From assembly GCA_009103225.1 (NCBI GenBank), contig RHPI01003587.1, forward strand, positions 62,001 to 126,000: DNA of 64,000 bases. The letters run 5' to 3'. Every line of letters starts with the position of its first letter. Position 1 is the first letter of the stretch. The DNA comes from Chlorokybus atmophyticus (Eukaryota; Plantae; Mesostigma and Chlorokybus algae). Below, piece by piece: positions 1 through 13,600 of this stretch. The notes under the pieces were generated by a model that was not told the DNA's origin, ran no database searches, and worked only from the letters and a program-made list of their open reading frames with translations. The position numbers and the translations under genes are program-made.

Positions 1-3000
1 CATCCCTGACTACATGAAGTATGGCGGCGCCTCGTTCGAGTATATCGCTTGGGATGGGAGCAGCTTCTCACAGCCGGCAACGATTGTGGTCAACGTGGAC
101 TCGCAGAACCATCGACCTATGGTGCACCCGCAGCAGCTTGATATCACCGCTGCTTCGTCTGCGTTCGTCACTCTCACCGCTGATGACGATGATGCCGAAG
201 ATGATATCACCTTCATGATCACTACTCTGCCAGCCACTGGCAAGCTGATGTTGCTCACCGGTGATGAAGTGACTGTTCCCGGCACGACATTGGCATCATT
301 CAACAGGACGGCAGTCTTGTTGTTCACGCCGGATCCAACATTCGCTGTGGATGCGGATGCAAAGGTGGTCTTTGGATACAGCGTGACTGATGGCACTGTG
401 CTCAGCGAGGAGGCTGTAATCACACTCACCATGCATCGAACGGTTGATGCATCGATGAAGCCGGTGGCCAATCCGGCCGGTTACGCTCTTCTCATGGACG
501 GCAACGACGACTATGTGCTCATCAACATGGAGACAAACACTGTTGACGAATTCACTGCTGAGGTGTGGTTGAAGACGACGAGCGCGATGACCCACGGCGC
601 CACGCTGTTTAACGCGGGATACATCTCTCTCTCGTGGACAGATGTGGGTGGCCTCGGCGTGGACGTCACGACCACTGAAGGCGCTGTTGTCACTGTTGGG
701 AGCGGGAAGCAACTCAACGATGGCGACTGGCATCACGTGGCCGTCACATGGGTCCCGTTGGACCAGTCTGCTAGCGGCGAGAACGTCGTGATGTACATCG
801 ATGGGGAGGTCACCGCTTCTCAAAGCGTGTCGGGTTACAACGGAAACATGGCACCCGTGGCCTTCATCGGTGCGGGCTTCGCGGATATCAACGCATTGAC
901 TCCCAAATCCGACAGCTTCTACAGAGGACTGGTTGAGGAGGTGCGCGTGTACTCCCGCGCTCTGAGCCAGGGAGAGATTGAAGCCAACATGCTCGTCATG
1001 TCCCACGCCAACGCTGAGGGCCTACTGGCTTATCTCAACTTCAATGACGCTGCCAACATCATCACACTTCACCAAACCCGTGACTCAGCTGTTGTTGAAG
1101 AGAGGAGTGCAGTTGTGGTTGGCAAGCCCGCGCTGGTGATATCTGCCGTGCCAATGAGTCGTGTGGAGACAGCACAACAAGACCAGTCGCTCGTTATCAC
1201 CCTCAGCAGCGTGGATGTCGGCAGCTCCGTAGCGTATGTCACCGTGCCTCCGGCCAGCGGGACGCTGTATCAGATGTCCGGCGAGCCTATCAACAACGCA
1301 CTCGCCATCGTTACCGACCCCCTCATGCGCGTGGTGTTTGTGCCCGCACGTGAAAAGGGTGATGTGGACATCAATCTACCATACGCGTACACGAGCATGC
1401 GCTACTTCATCGCCAATACTGATATCAAGCTGCAGTCGGATGAAATTGAGCTTTACATAACGGTGTTGCCAGTGAATCACGCTCCCGAGTTGGCTCAGTA
1501 CCAAGTCATGGACATCATGGCGTTGACAGACACCGCCATCACGCTACCCGCTGTCGATGTGGATGGCAACTTGCTAACGTTCCAAATAACCACTCTCCCT
1601 ACTCAGGGCGTGTTGTACGCTACCGTCGACGGGGTCACACGCGGCGACATCATCACCTCCGCCAACACGCAGCTTCCGGGCCACTCCGGCACAGTCATCC
1701 TCAGCATGTTGGGTGCACAACACGCCAATGGCACCGCCCTCATGGCACCCTACCTGGGCTACAGAGTGTTTGACAGCTTGACGTGGCAGGAGAATGTGCC
1801 CGAGGCCATTGTTGTGTTCAATGTCAGCGAGTCCACAAAGATACCCCTCATTGCCGGTGATGCGGGCCACGCGCTTGAGTTTGATGGCACGGGTGAGGAT
1901 GTTGTTGTTGTGGAGATGTTGTCATCACTTGAGTTAAGTAGCAACAACCATGTCACGGTGGAGGCGTGGATCAAGACACCAGGCGGGGTCGGTCAAGCCG
2001 GCACCATCGTGGCCACATCAGACTTCTCTCTGGCTTTGGACAAGTTGTTTGGCGTCCAGTTCACTGTCGTGCTGTCGACGGCATCATCCGAGGACGACAC
2101 AACAACAACAACAGCACAACAGCAGCAGGAGTTCTCTGTCACGCCTAGTGATGCTGTCTCTGTCAATGATGGTGCGTGGCACTATGTCGCGGCCACCTTT
2201 GACGGCACCACGATGAGGTTGTTTGTGGATGGTGTGGAGGTCGGCTCGTCCGTTGTAGCCGCAACCACACCCGGGCTCATGAGGCAGAACACTGATTACA
2301 GCAGCAGCAACCTGCTTGTGATCGGCAATGTTGGCCCCGTGATTGCGGGAGAGGCCTTTGCGGGTGTCATCGACGAGGTCCGCGTGTGGAATGTGTCCCT
2401 GCAGCAGAGCACCACATACTCGCCCACGGAAGCGTACAGCTGGAGTGCCAAAGGAGAAGCACTCGTTGGCAACGAACCCGGCCTGGTTGCCTACTATAGG
2501 TGAGTGTCATACACAAAATCACATGCACACGCAAACACACGCGCACACGACATCACGCATGTGTGAATACACAGACTTGTGCTTACAATGCGTGGTGATA
2601 ATCCTTAGATTCAATCATGGGTTTGGCGACGAAGCTGAGGACTACACGGCGAACAACAACATGAGCCACGTGTCCGGACCGGTGTGGGTGCCTTCCGGCG
2701 CGCCAATCTCATCCACAGCGACACTCGCCGAGGACACGCCACGCATCATTGCGCTGCAAGGCTCCGGCGACATGATGTACATAACCAAGGCGCCAGCGCA
2801 CGGCGAGATCTATCAGGTGGCTGAGGATGACACCACGATGGAACTCATCATCAACCTCCCCGCCTCCGTGTCCAACAGCCATGGCAAGGTGCTCTACATG
2901 CCGGAGGCCAACTACAACTCTGCCGATGGCGGTGTGGATGAGATTGAGTTCTACACCGTGTGGGGCGCACAAGAGAGCGAGAGAGCCACCTTGAGCATCG

Positions 3001-6000
3001 ATGTTGTATCGGTGAATGACATCCCGACGGTGACGTACTACAGCAAGGACGTGACCACGCGCAAGAACACGCCCGTGCGCGTGCGCGTGGTTGGCGTGGA
3101 CGGCGATGGCGGCGCGCCTTCGGTGCAAGTCATAACTCTCCCGCGTGGCGGAGACCTCTACCAGACCTCCGGCGAGCGCATCCAATCCGTCAACACGATC
3201 ATCACCGACGCCGACGGCCACGTGGTCTACGAGCCCTTTACCAACGGTTTTGGGGCCAACTACGACACGTTCTCGTGCGTGCTTGTGGACAAGCTCGGCG
3301 GCGAGTCGATGGAGGTCACGTTCCCGATCACCGTCATAGCGGACTTTGCCATGAGCTTCACCGCGCTCCCCGCGGGTGTGGGAGGCTCCTCCTCGTTGCT
3401 TGCGGGCTTGTCTGCACCCTTCTTGAACACGCTGCTCCCCGGCGACTTCACCATGGAGATGTGGGTTCGATCTGACGCCATCAACAACAGCAGCCCCGTC
3501 GGCCAGGTGATCACACGCAGGAGAAACCTACTGCAGGCGGTGTACCCGACTGCTGAGACAACCACCGCTACTAAACGTCACCTGCTTCAACAGGTATGAT
3601 GATGACCGCTCTCAGAGTTACATAAAAGGTGTGCATTGGCTTGCTGACTTGTGCTGGTTGCTGTGCTGATTGTCTTACAACAGCAAGGGGATGGCCAGAG
3701 CAACGGGTCATATGTGGACTTTGTGACAGCCAACACAATGCCCGCTACGTTGTCGCCCGCAGTGGATGCCATGCTCATGGTGAGACAGAGATTTGACCTT
3801 GCTTGCATACGCACATACACGCATGAGATTCACAGAGACCCGAAACTTGTATCCCTCCCACCAACAGGCTGGCATAGTGCCTATGAGCGTACAAGATGCG
3901 CGTTGGCACCACGTAGCGGCGGTGTACGCGAGCATCGTGGGTGAGAAGAAGGTGTACGTGGACGGACAGCTGGACGTCGTGCAGGCCGTGCACGCCTCGG
4001 GCCGAGACGCCGTCGTGGCCGGCGTGGCCATCACCAGCGAGAGCCTCCTGCACGACATCATGGGAAGATACATCGGCGTCAACGTCAACGGCGTGGTGTT
4101 GGGTCCCGTCGACGGCGTGCTGGACGAGGTGCGCGTGTGGAACGTATCGCGCACGTTGCCGGAGATACAGTCCTCCATGCATGAGGAGCTCACGCAGCCC
4201 CAACCGAACTTGATATACCTCCAATCCTTTGACGCGGCCACGCCAGACCGTCCCGGCCTCGTTCCCGTGTACACGCCTGTCGTGGGCGAGGCCGGCTACG
4301 CTGCCAACTTCAACGGTGTGCAAGGATATCTCGAGTTTGATGGCAATGGCGCATTTGATATAACAACCCCGTTCACGATATCCATGTGGTTGAGGACGGC
4401 CGCAGTCACCAACGACTTTGTCACGCTGTTGAGCAAACAAGACTTGTACGCCGTGACGTGGAGCAAGATCGATGGTCTCAGTATGGTGGTCAACACAGCT
4501 GGAGGGGAGAAGGTGACTGCCATCACAGGTAGCGCGTTCAACGATGGCGCGTGGCATCAGATGCACTTTGTGTTCGAAGACGGGACGCCGAAGATATACG
4601 TGGACGGCAGTGATGTCACTCTCAGCTGCACGCGTGAGACGGCTACGCAAGATGCCAACAACAGCACCCCCATGGCATGCGAGGACACGTGCGGGACCAG
4701 CAACGCCACGTGCATCGCTCCCGCGGCTCATGAAAAGGTGCCGCTCACCCTCGGCTACGCCGCAGACCCCTTCCAAAACAATATGCTGAACGGTGCTGTG
4801 GATGAGTTGTGTGTGTATGGTGCTGCGCACAGCGCAGAAGACATTGCCACCGCACACAGACAGCTCTTACCTGTCAACATCTCGGACCCGCGCCTGCGAG
4901 GCTTCTGGCGCTTCAACGAGGCACAAGGCAGTGTCGCAATCGACAGTGTGAACGACGAGGCCGCGAAGGTTGTAAACATGCGTGATATGAGTGACACTGA
5001 GACTATGCACGCCATGTGGGTGGCCTCCACGGTGCCGTTCCAGCACACATTCTTGCTCGATGGCTTCAAGACAAAGACGGCCGTCATCAAGCTGTATGGC
5101 AGCGATGCCGACGGAGACACCCTCGAGTTCATCGTCGACAAGGTGCCAGCGCGAGGCTCGTTGTACGAATCCGACGACGGCAAGACCCTTTCCCGCCACG
5201 TGCTCAAGAACAACACTGTTGTGACGCTCGCGTACCTGGTGTTCGTGCCCGGTCGTGTGCATGGCATGCCCCCGCAGCCGTACGCGCAGGTGAGCTACGT
5301 GGCGTCAGATGGGCGTGAGCGCAGCCCTGCAGAGGTCTTCATCATCCACGTCAAGGGTGAGGAGAAGCCGCCCTCTGCCCTGGACCAGACCGTCATCACA
5401 GACGAGGACACGCCCATCACCTTTGCCCTCAAAGCCATGGACCCGGAGGGCTTGGGCATCACCGCCAGCATGGACCCCAACAATATGCCCAACAACGGCC
5501 GCCTCTCCGCCCTCGTCATCGTCCCCGACGGCCGGGGCATGCTCATGGTCACCTACACCCCCTACAAGGACTTCAATGGCGAGGACAGCTTCATGTACAG
5601 CGTGACGTCCTCGGACGGGGTGTCCTCGCTGCAGCCTGCCACCGTCACAATCGTGGTGAACGCCGTCAACGACCCGCCCATCATCACAAACCCGGCCTCT
5701 CAGGGCATGTACGGCGTGGACGCGCTCATCTACGGCATATCCGTTGCCGACGTGGACGCCAATGAGACACCCAATGCGCAGCTACTTGTCAGCCTACAAT
5801 CCGCCACGGGCCAGCTGTCCGCTGTGTCGGCCTCAGCCGCGCACAAGGGCAGCAAGCAGGTAATCCTCAAGGGCACCCTGCTGGACATCAACCGCAAGCT
5901 GTCGAAGGTGTACTACTTCAATGCCAACGCGTCTGCGGGCGGGGCGGGCGACGACACCCTCACCATCACCGCAAACGACCTCGGCAACACCGGCAAGGGC

Positions 6001-9000
6001 GGACCGCAAGTGACCGTGTCGACCGAGCACCTGTTTGTGTACAACTCATCGTTCAGGGCCGTGAGCTTCTCTGACGATGGCATCCAGGTCTTCGTGCAGT
6101 ACAAGAACGACACCGACATGGCGGGCATGCCATTGGGTGTATTCGCGTGCTCGCAGCTGATAGCTTCCCAGTCCCTGGCGCAGTTTGGCTCCAACGCGGT
6201 CTGCAAGTGGACCTCACCCGCCATGTTCAACATCACATTGGGCCAGGGTGCCACCGCCGTCCCCGGCAGCGCACTCCAGCTCATCCCTGGTAGGGTTACG
6301 TTGGGTGGGCAGACCACGCCCGTGAACCCGAGCGCACTTGAAATCGCCGCCCCGCTGGACCCGATTCCACCCGTGGCCGGTTTCGGCTGCGTGCCCAAGC
6401 AAGTTGGCAAGTGCGACGCCCTCGTGGTGTCGGCCGTGGGGTCGTACGGAGGCGCGGGCAGGCCGCTCTTGTATTCGTGGGCGATAGCGTCCAAGCAAGG
6501 TTCCATCATGCCCGCCATCCTGCGCAAAGTCACGCAGTTCGCCGGCAGAGACCTCATCCTCACCGCGGCCGACCTGCAAGTGGACCACTCGTACAACATC
6601 ACCCTGACCGTCACCAACTTCCTGCGCTCGAGCAGCGAGCAACCGGCCCAAGCCACCGTGTTCAAGTCAAGCCTATCCATCCCAACCCTCTGCATTGATC
6701 CCCCGGCCGATAGAAGCATACGACGCACATTCTCCGCTCAGTTCAAGGCAAACGCCTCGCCTTCCAGCTGTCTCCCGAGCGGGTCCAACAACCGACTAGT
6801 GTATCAATGGACACAAATTTCTGGCCCAGGAGCCAGCTGGCAGCCGGTGGCCCTACGCACGCTCAACGCCTCTGTCCTGAGCGTGGCCGCGGGTGCCCTC
6901 AACGCCACTTATGGCCAACCGTATGCCTTCACGGTGTCCGTGTACGATGCGCGCAACCGCACGGCGGTGGTGATCGACACGGTCACCATCGCGGTTCGGT
7001 CCGAGCCCCTGTTTGCTGAAATTTCAGGCGGCAGTCGGCAGGTGTCCACAAACAGGCCGCTGGTTTTGAGTGGGTTGGGCTCGGATGACCCCGACGCCAA
7101 CGCCGCTGGCCTCGTATACGAGTGGTCGTGCGAGACATCCACCTCAGACGTCTGCGTGGATGAGACGACCAACTCGCCACTTGACATGCCAACCAACGAT
7201 GTCGCCGTGTGGGAAATAGCGCCCGGAACCATCGCACCTAGCATGTTATATCAGTTCACCCTGACTCTGTCCACGCTAGACCCGCTAGATGTGCGCAGAA
7301 CCACTACTATGGTGGTGATTGAGACCGTGGCCGAAGACATCCCGTTCGTCGGCGTGGATGGCCCCTCGGCCTTTAAGTTTAACCCCAATGAGATACTCGT
7401 ACTAAACGGTGATGGAGCTGCGATGAGTGATACAAGCAGCGTGACATACTACTGGACTGTTGCCTCGGCGCCGGCCGTATACATCCCCAGCGCGCCCCTC
7501 GTGATAGCGTCTCTCGACGTGGATCAGTGCTACGGCCCCGACTACCCCGAGTGCACAGTGAGCGTGTCTGCTGACGAGTTGCCCGACCTCGAGCTCTTCG
7601 ATGAGACGGTGCTCACGTCCCGGTACGAGCCCACGCTGATGATCGCGGAGGATGTGTTGGTCCCTGGACGCTACCGCTTCACGCTCGCGGTGACGGATAC
7701 CGACACCAACCTGACCGCAAGCGCGTGGGTGGCTGTGGTGGTCAACGCCCCGCCGGCACTCGGTATTGCACGCCTCGACATCACCGCGGGTCAAGCATTG
7801 CAAACCGTGTTCACTGCTACAGCGGACGGCTGGCAAGATGCAGACCTCCCGCTCCAGTATGAGTTTGGATTCATTGATGCCACCGGTGGCTTCAAGTCTC
7901 TATCACAAATCACGCAGGCGAAGAGCTTCGAGTCTTTCCTGTTCTCGGGTCTTTCGTCGGCGGCGATGCAGATATACGACGGGTACTTCTTGCCGGCGAC
8001 GGCGCTGATGCCGGTGACAATGACGCGCGCAGCTGAAAGCACGCAGGGGCTAAGCGACATCGTGGACACGTGGCTGAGCACGCTGCTACCCAATGCAATA
8101 GAGGACGGGGACTTCAGCACCGTTGCGTTGCTCACATTGATGTTGACAGAGGAGCTCAACAGCTTCCCGTGCGATACATACGCCGCCAGCAACGCCAGTG
8201 CGGCCTTCTTCTGCAGCGCCGCCGCCCTACTGCAACGCCAGTCCCAACGCACGCAACTCCTACAGAACATCGTGTTGAGCTCTAGCAACGACGGGGCGGA
8301 CCCAACCAAGGTGTTGAGCATCATAATCGCCAACACGCTGCGGCCATCCGAAATCAACGATGCGGCTCAGCAAGTGGTCTTCTCTTACATGACCAACACG
8401 TTGTCAAGCGCCATCACGAGCGGCTCAGGAGTCAGTCTTGCTGTCGGCGGGCTCGCTGCTCGTGTCATCAACAACATGATTGCGACGGGTCTCTCCAACA
8501 GCACGTATCTTAAACAGTACTCCACGGAGACCGTCGTCGACCTGGTGAACAAGCTTGGTCTGGCAGTCCTCACACCCACAACCACACCCGTGGCAGTGCA
8601 ACTCAACATCTCCGTGGACCCGTAAGTGATGCTGACTTGTTACTCACACGACTTGATACACACTTGCACTTGCTTCGTGCTCTTACTGACTGTTGCATCA
8701 ACGTTCAGGACCTTCAAGTTCCAGCTGCGTGTGCGCAAGGACTCGCAGCAGACTATCCGCGGGCAGCCGGTGACGGTGGGCGTGTTCACGTTGCCAGCTG
8801 GCGCGCTCGCTCTCGTGGACCCCGCCACACTCCCTGTCACAGCGCCCGTCGGCCTAATCGCAAGCAGGTAAGGGGAGGGGATACCACTTGTTAGCACCGC
8901 AATCGCCATGTGACTGTTTGAGACTGATTGTTGTGTCTTCCCCACAGGTATCCGATCATCAACCCGTACCAGTACGCGGACCAGAATGCGACGGCCGCGA

Positions 9001-9861
9001 CGGTTGTGGCCGGGTTAGACGTGTACGCGTTGGGCACGCAGTCCACATCATCCTCATTGCAGCCGCTAGCGGTGACCACAGGGCCCAGCATCGCCATTAA
9101 ACTCCCTCGCGTGGTAGCTTTGGGCGCCAATATGGAGCCCGAGTGTGACTACTTCGACCAGGCCCGAGGCGTGTGGGACACGCAGGGCCTCACAGCTGAC
9201 GTGGCTGCCTCCGCCCTCAGCGGCGTGGTGGTGTGCTACTCTCACCATCTCACAACCTTCGCAGCGTTCGACCGCGTCGCACCCGTCGCCACCACCCCGC
9301 CACCCCCGCCACCGCCCACGCCCCCACCCCCCTCACCCACGCCGCCACCTCCACCACCCCCAACGACCACAACCGCACCCCCACCCCCGCCCCCAGACAT
9401 GATTACTACCACGCCACCCCCGCCCTCGCCCACACCACCCAGCACGCACACACCTCCACCGCCACCGAAGATAGGTACGCAGTTGTTCAGTCTACTTTTT
9501 GTTGTGTGTCGCATGACATGATAATGTTGATGCTCATGCATGCTGTCCTTGTCTTTCAGCTTCAAGAGCAAAGAAGTCCAGCGCGCCAATTGGCGCGATC
9601 GTGGGAGGTGTGGTGGGAGGCGTGGCGGTGGTGGGCGCCGTGTCGGTGTTTGTGTTTATGCGCCGAAGAAGGAACAAGGTGCAGACGATGCACCTTAACA
9701 ACGGCGCGCCCTCACCCAACGCCAACGGCGTACACATGAATGGCAACGGCAACGCCAACAGCACGCCGCTCCTCGGCGCGGACACGCTCGCATCCCCACA
9801 ACCCGTGCGCTCAGGTGCAGCTCTAGACGGAGGAGACGCCGTGAGCAGTACAACGCAATGA
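1..9861 (+). CDS. 5'-truncated giant single-pass membrane protein: LamG x4 / cadherin-like repeats / REJ-like / GPS / Pro-rich stalk / TM (polycystin-1-like ectodomain). Exons <1-2499, 2609-3593, 3684-3779, 3868-8621, 8709-8867, 8948-9474, 9560-9861
   Basis: Six GT-AG introns join the long ORFs in consistent phase (9321 nt from position 2 = 3106 aa + stop). LamG motifs (FTAEVWLK, NDGDWHHVAVTW, GVIDEVRVWN, YYRFNHG); cadherin-like xVNDxP/VNHAP repeats; REJ-like motifs (LVLSGLGSDDPD, YEWSC, VNAPP, GWQDADLPLQYEFG); NPY; GPS CDYFD..W..G...CYSHHLTTF; hydrophobic IGAIVGGVVGGVAVVGAVSVFVFM followed by RRRR. Confidence 0.88.
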
Positions 9862-10188
9862 TGATGAAGAGACACGCAGCCAGCACCACCCTCACCACCC
9901 CCTTTGCACTTTGACATCACTGATGTCACAACCACCATCACTTAGCTGCAGCGAGCCCGTTTGATGGGTGTACCTAGCTAGCTGGAAGAAAACAGAGCTG
10001 TAGAGGGAAGCCCCCTTTTATTACGCACTGCTAACCGCTAGGGATTCTTTTGGACGTTTGTGTAAGTATATATCATTCTTTCTGCCATCAATAAGGCACT
10101 TGTAACAACACCTGTTACCACTTGCGTGTGTACACATGTTGAGCCAATCCCCACTCCAGTCATGTGTGTACACACATATGTGCCCCCC

Positions 10189-10545
10189 NNNNNNNNNNNN
10201 NNNNNNNNNNNNNNNNNNNNNNNNNNNNNNNNNNNNNNNNNNNNNNNNNNNNNNNNNNNNNNNNNNNNNNNNNNNNNNNNNNNNNNNNNNNNNNNNNNNN
10301 NNNNNNNNNNNNNNNNNNNNNNNNNNNNNNNNNNNNNNNNNNNNNNNNNNNNNNNNNNNNNNNNNNNNNNNNNNNNNNNNNNNNNNNNNNNNNNNNNNNN
10401 NNNNNNNNNNNNNNNNNNNNNNNNNNNNNNNNNNNNNNNNNNNNNNNNNNNNNNNNNNNNNNNNNNNNNNNNNNNNNNNNNNNNNNNNNNNNNNNNNNNN
10501 NNNNNNNNNNNNNNNNNNNNNNNNNNNNNNNNNNNNNNNNNNNNN
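10189..10545. other. assembly gap (N run)
   Basis: Run of n characters. Confidence 1.

Positions 10546-10632
<87 letters not shown>
10546..10632 (+). repeat. (CT)n microsatellite
   Basis: Pure TC/CT dinucleotide array next to the gap. Confidence 0.98.
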
Positions 10633-10634
<2 letters not shown>

Positions 10635-13600
10635 GCGCATGCGCGTGTGCACGTCAGTATTTCTAACTGGCTATGACTGGGTGCGCACGTAGGTGTATCG
10701 GTTTCTCTCGCCTTCTCTCACCGCCCGTTGCTGCTTTTGTACTGATTGTCTTGCGCATGCACAACATGTCACGTGCTCGGGTGGGTCTGCTGCCCAGCCC
10801 CACACAATGCCTGCAAAAGCAGCACGCTTACGTTGCATTGTGGGGGTGCGGGGGGACATTGTATAGCATGCGTTCTGTCCGCATAGTGGCGCACACGAGT
10901 ATGCACACTTGTGTGGACACACAAAACTGTGTGCACGTGTATCCGAGTGCCTGTGTTATGCCAGCGGTCCAGGAGGGGCCAACTTCCTCGTTGATGCCTA
11001 CAGTCAGGCATCGTTCCCGTGCTACCAGCATCGACAACCCCATGGATCGGTCATGCCTACAGCCAGACATCGACCCCAGCTACCGGCATGAGTCCCACGC
11101 GACACGAAGCAGTTGTCAGGCAGTCTTCGTATGTACCTAGTATAAGCCGTATCAGCTGATCCGTTGCAAGTTGTGACTTAGGCTTGATCTAGGTTATTTC
11201 GTAAACTAGCCGTTATCTTAGGACTGAACAGATGTCACTTATAAGAGCTAAGGACTTAGTCTTTGTTCGTCGATGACATTGTAAGTGAAAATTGACAGAC
11301 TTGGAACCAAGAAGTACGGATGTTGATCTTTGGAGTGCTCGGGACTTGCTCTCTGAAGGTTGTGGCTTGATGTGAATGCATCGATTGATATCACCTCACC
11401 GTCTCGGCCAACACGCATCCACACGTGAGAGAATGCAGTGTATGCACACGTGTATTGCTCGTCACTTGATGTAATTGTGGTTGTGTGGGTGCACGTTGTG
11501 TGGTCCGCATCAGAGTGTGGTATCCACGAGTTGTCGCATTCATACACCTCACTTAACAGTGGAATTACCTTGACCTCATTCAAGGAACTGTATAAGCAGC
11601 ACTACCTCTAGTAGTGGCTTGTTGACTTACAGTGTCATCCTCCTTGTACAAGTGAGTGTCGCGCATCAGCGTGGCTTGCATTGTTGCAGCGGCGTTGGTT
11701 GCATCAGTGTTGGGTTATCATTGCCAGCACATAGTGCATTCACAAGCACTAGTGTGTTGGGTGGTAGCATTAGGGGAGCACCAGTACAGCACACACACCC
11801 TGCCTTGCTTTCTCCTGCGCTCACCGTGCGACTTGCAGGAGTGAGTTTACACCAGTCATGGAGTCCACTCATCGGTACGGGGGTTCCCCTATGGCCGAGG
11901 AGACCACCAGCGACTTCGACAGTTGGTTGGGCTTGAACCTACCCTGCGGACGATACAGCGAAGAAAAGGGCGACGACAACAGCGACAGCCCATGGTATTC
12001 ACGAGTACCCCGTTCCAGACATACTCAGTCTCGTCATCAAGTTGAAAGTGTTATCAATCAGCTCGACAGCGAAGACATGGAGGCATCCACTCATGGTCCC
12101 ACCTTCTCTGGACGTCCTGGCACAACACCATTGGACGAATGGATCATCAAGTTCGACTCCATGATGAGCTACCATATGGATGCGATCAAAACTCTCAACT
12201 AGTCAGATGTAATGTCTTTTCGCATGGCTGCAACTTGCTTAGACCGCGAGGCACATGAGGTGTATAGGTCAGTTGCTGTACATCATGAGATTGGAGGGTA
12301 CGGAAATCTGGCCGGCACCGGAGCTCTGCCCATGGAAGCATCAACTCCTGGCTTCCCTGCCACGCCCATTGTTCCAGCTGCCCCACTACAAGGCCCTACT
12401 CTTGCGGAAGCTTCGGCCGCATAATAGTTGACAGCTGAAGCAGATACATCAGCAGTTGATCCTGCTTTAGTCGATCGCGAGTTGGCAGCAGCGCAACAAG
12501 CGCGCCGGTCCCAGGCGCAACTCTTGGCGTTCAGGCTAATGGCAGAGCAGCAAACTGCGCTTGAGGAAGCACAAGCACGACAGCGCGTCACCGTACCTGA
12601 TGCTGCGATCACAATAAGGACTCAGGAACCCGAGACACAGCTGCAAGCAGCACACTGTCTTCAGGCTCAATCAGCATGCGAGAACCCGCTCTCACCGTCA
12701 GGGTGGAACGCATGTTGTTACCCTTGCAGGATTTGTATCTGCCGCTTCGGCGCACATTCCCACCACAGACTAGTTACGAGGTGGAAGAGTTGCGTCACTT
12801 CAGGTGCAAGGCAGGGGAGGATCCTCTGCGCACTTACACCCGTATGGTCAAGCTGCTAAACGACACCAACTACAAGATCCTTAGCGCCAAAGCTGCCGCC
12901 ATGGTGTTCGTCAGCCAACTTGAGCCTCCACTGGGGAGGACGGTGGACAACGCTCTCAACAACACCCGACCACAAGGGTATTCGCTGCTTCAAGCCTTTG
13001 AAACAGCCCAAGCAACCCATGACCGCCAGGTGTGGATGAACGCCGTGCTGGACATGAACTCTGGTCCCTCACATGCTCCTGCCTCTGCTCCAGACCCCAG
13101 CCGACGTGCCCGCAAGTCTTATCCCCCCACCAACCCACCCCAATCTCCTGCAAAGTCAGCTCACACTGCACTACTTCATCCTGTCGTGTGCCATCATTGT
13201 GGTTGACACGGCCATTATAAGGATTGCACGGAGGAGTACGAAAACCTGGTGTGTGACCACTGCCACAAGACCGGACACTTAGAAGCAGTCTGCTACGCCA
13301 AGCACCCTGAGTTGAGACCCTCAGGCAACTACGATGGCAGCAGCGGTTATAACAACAACAACAACAACAGCGGCCACAAGGGCAAGGAGCCAGCCAACAA
13401 CGGCTATTGGGGGAATGAACAACCCGCCGAAACCAAAACAAAACCATCAGATTGGACCCAAAGCAGTCAACGCCGCCCACAAGGTGCCTGTTGCGGAGAA
13501 CACAAAGGTGGTTGCTGCCCTCACAGCATGGATGGATAAGCTTCACGCGATGCTGAAGGGCAGGGAGGATGAGTACCACACGTGCTACACGGCACGTTAG

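Noticed and set aside
296-7836. Many long antisense or alternate-frame ORFs over the host gene (e.g. 296-1006, 2709-3221, 3775-4857, 5913-6728)
   Set aside because: Shadow ORFs from GC-rich codon bias; no motifs; the plus frame explains the region.
10038-10692. ORFs with X runs and ER/SL repeats
   Set aside because: Products of the N gap and the (CT)n microsatellite.
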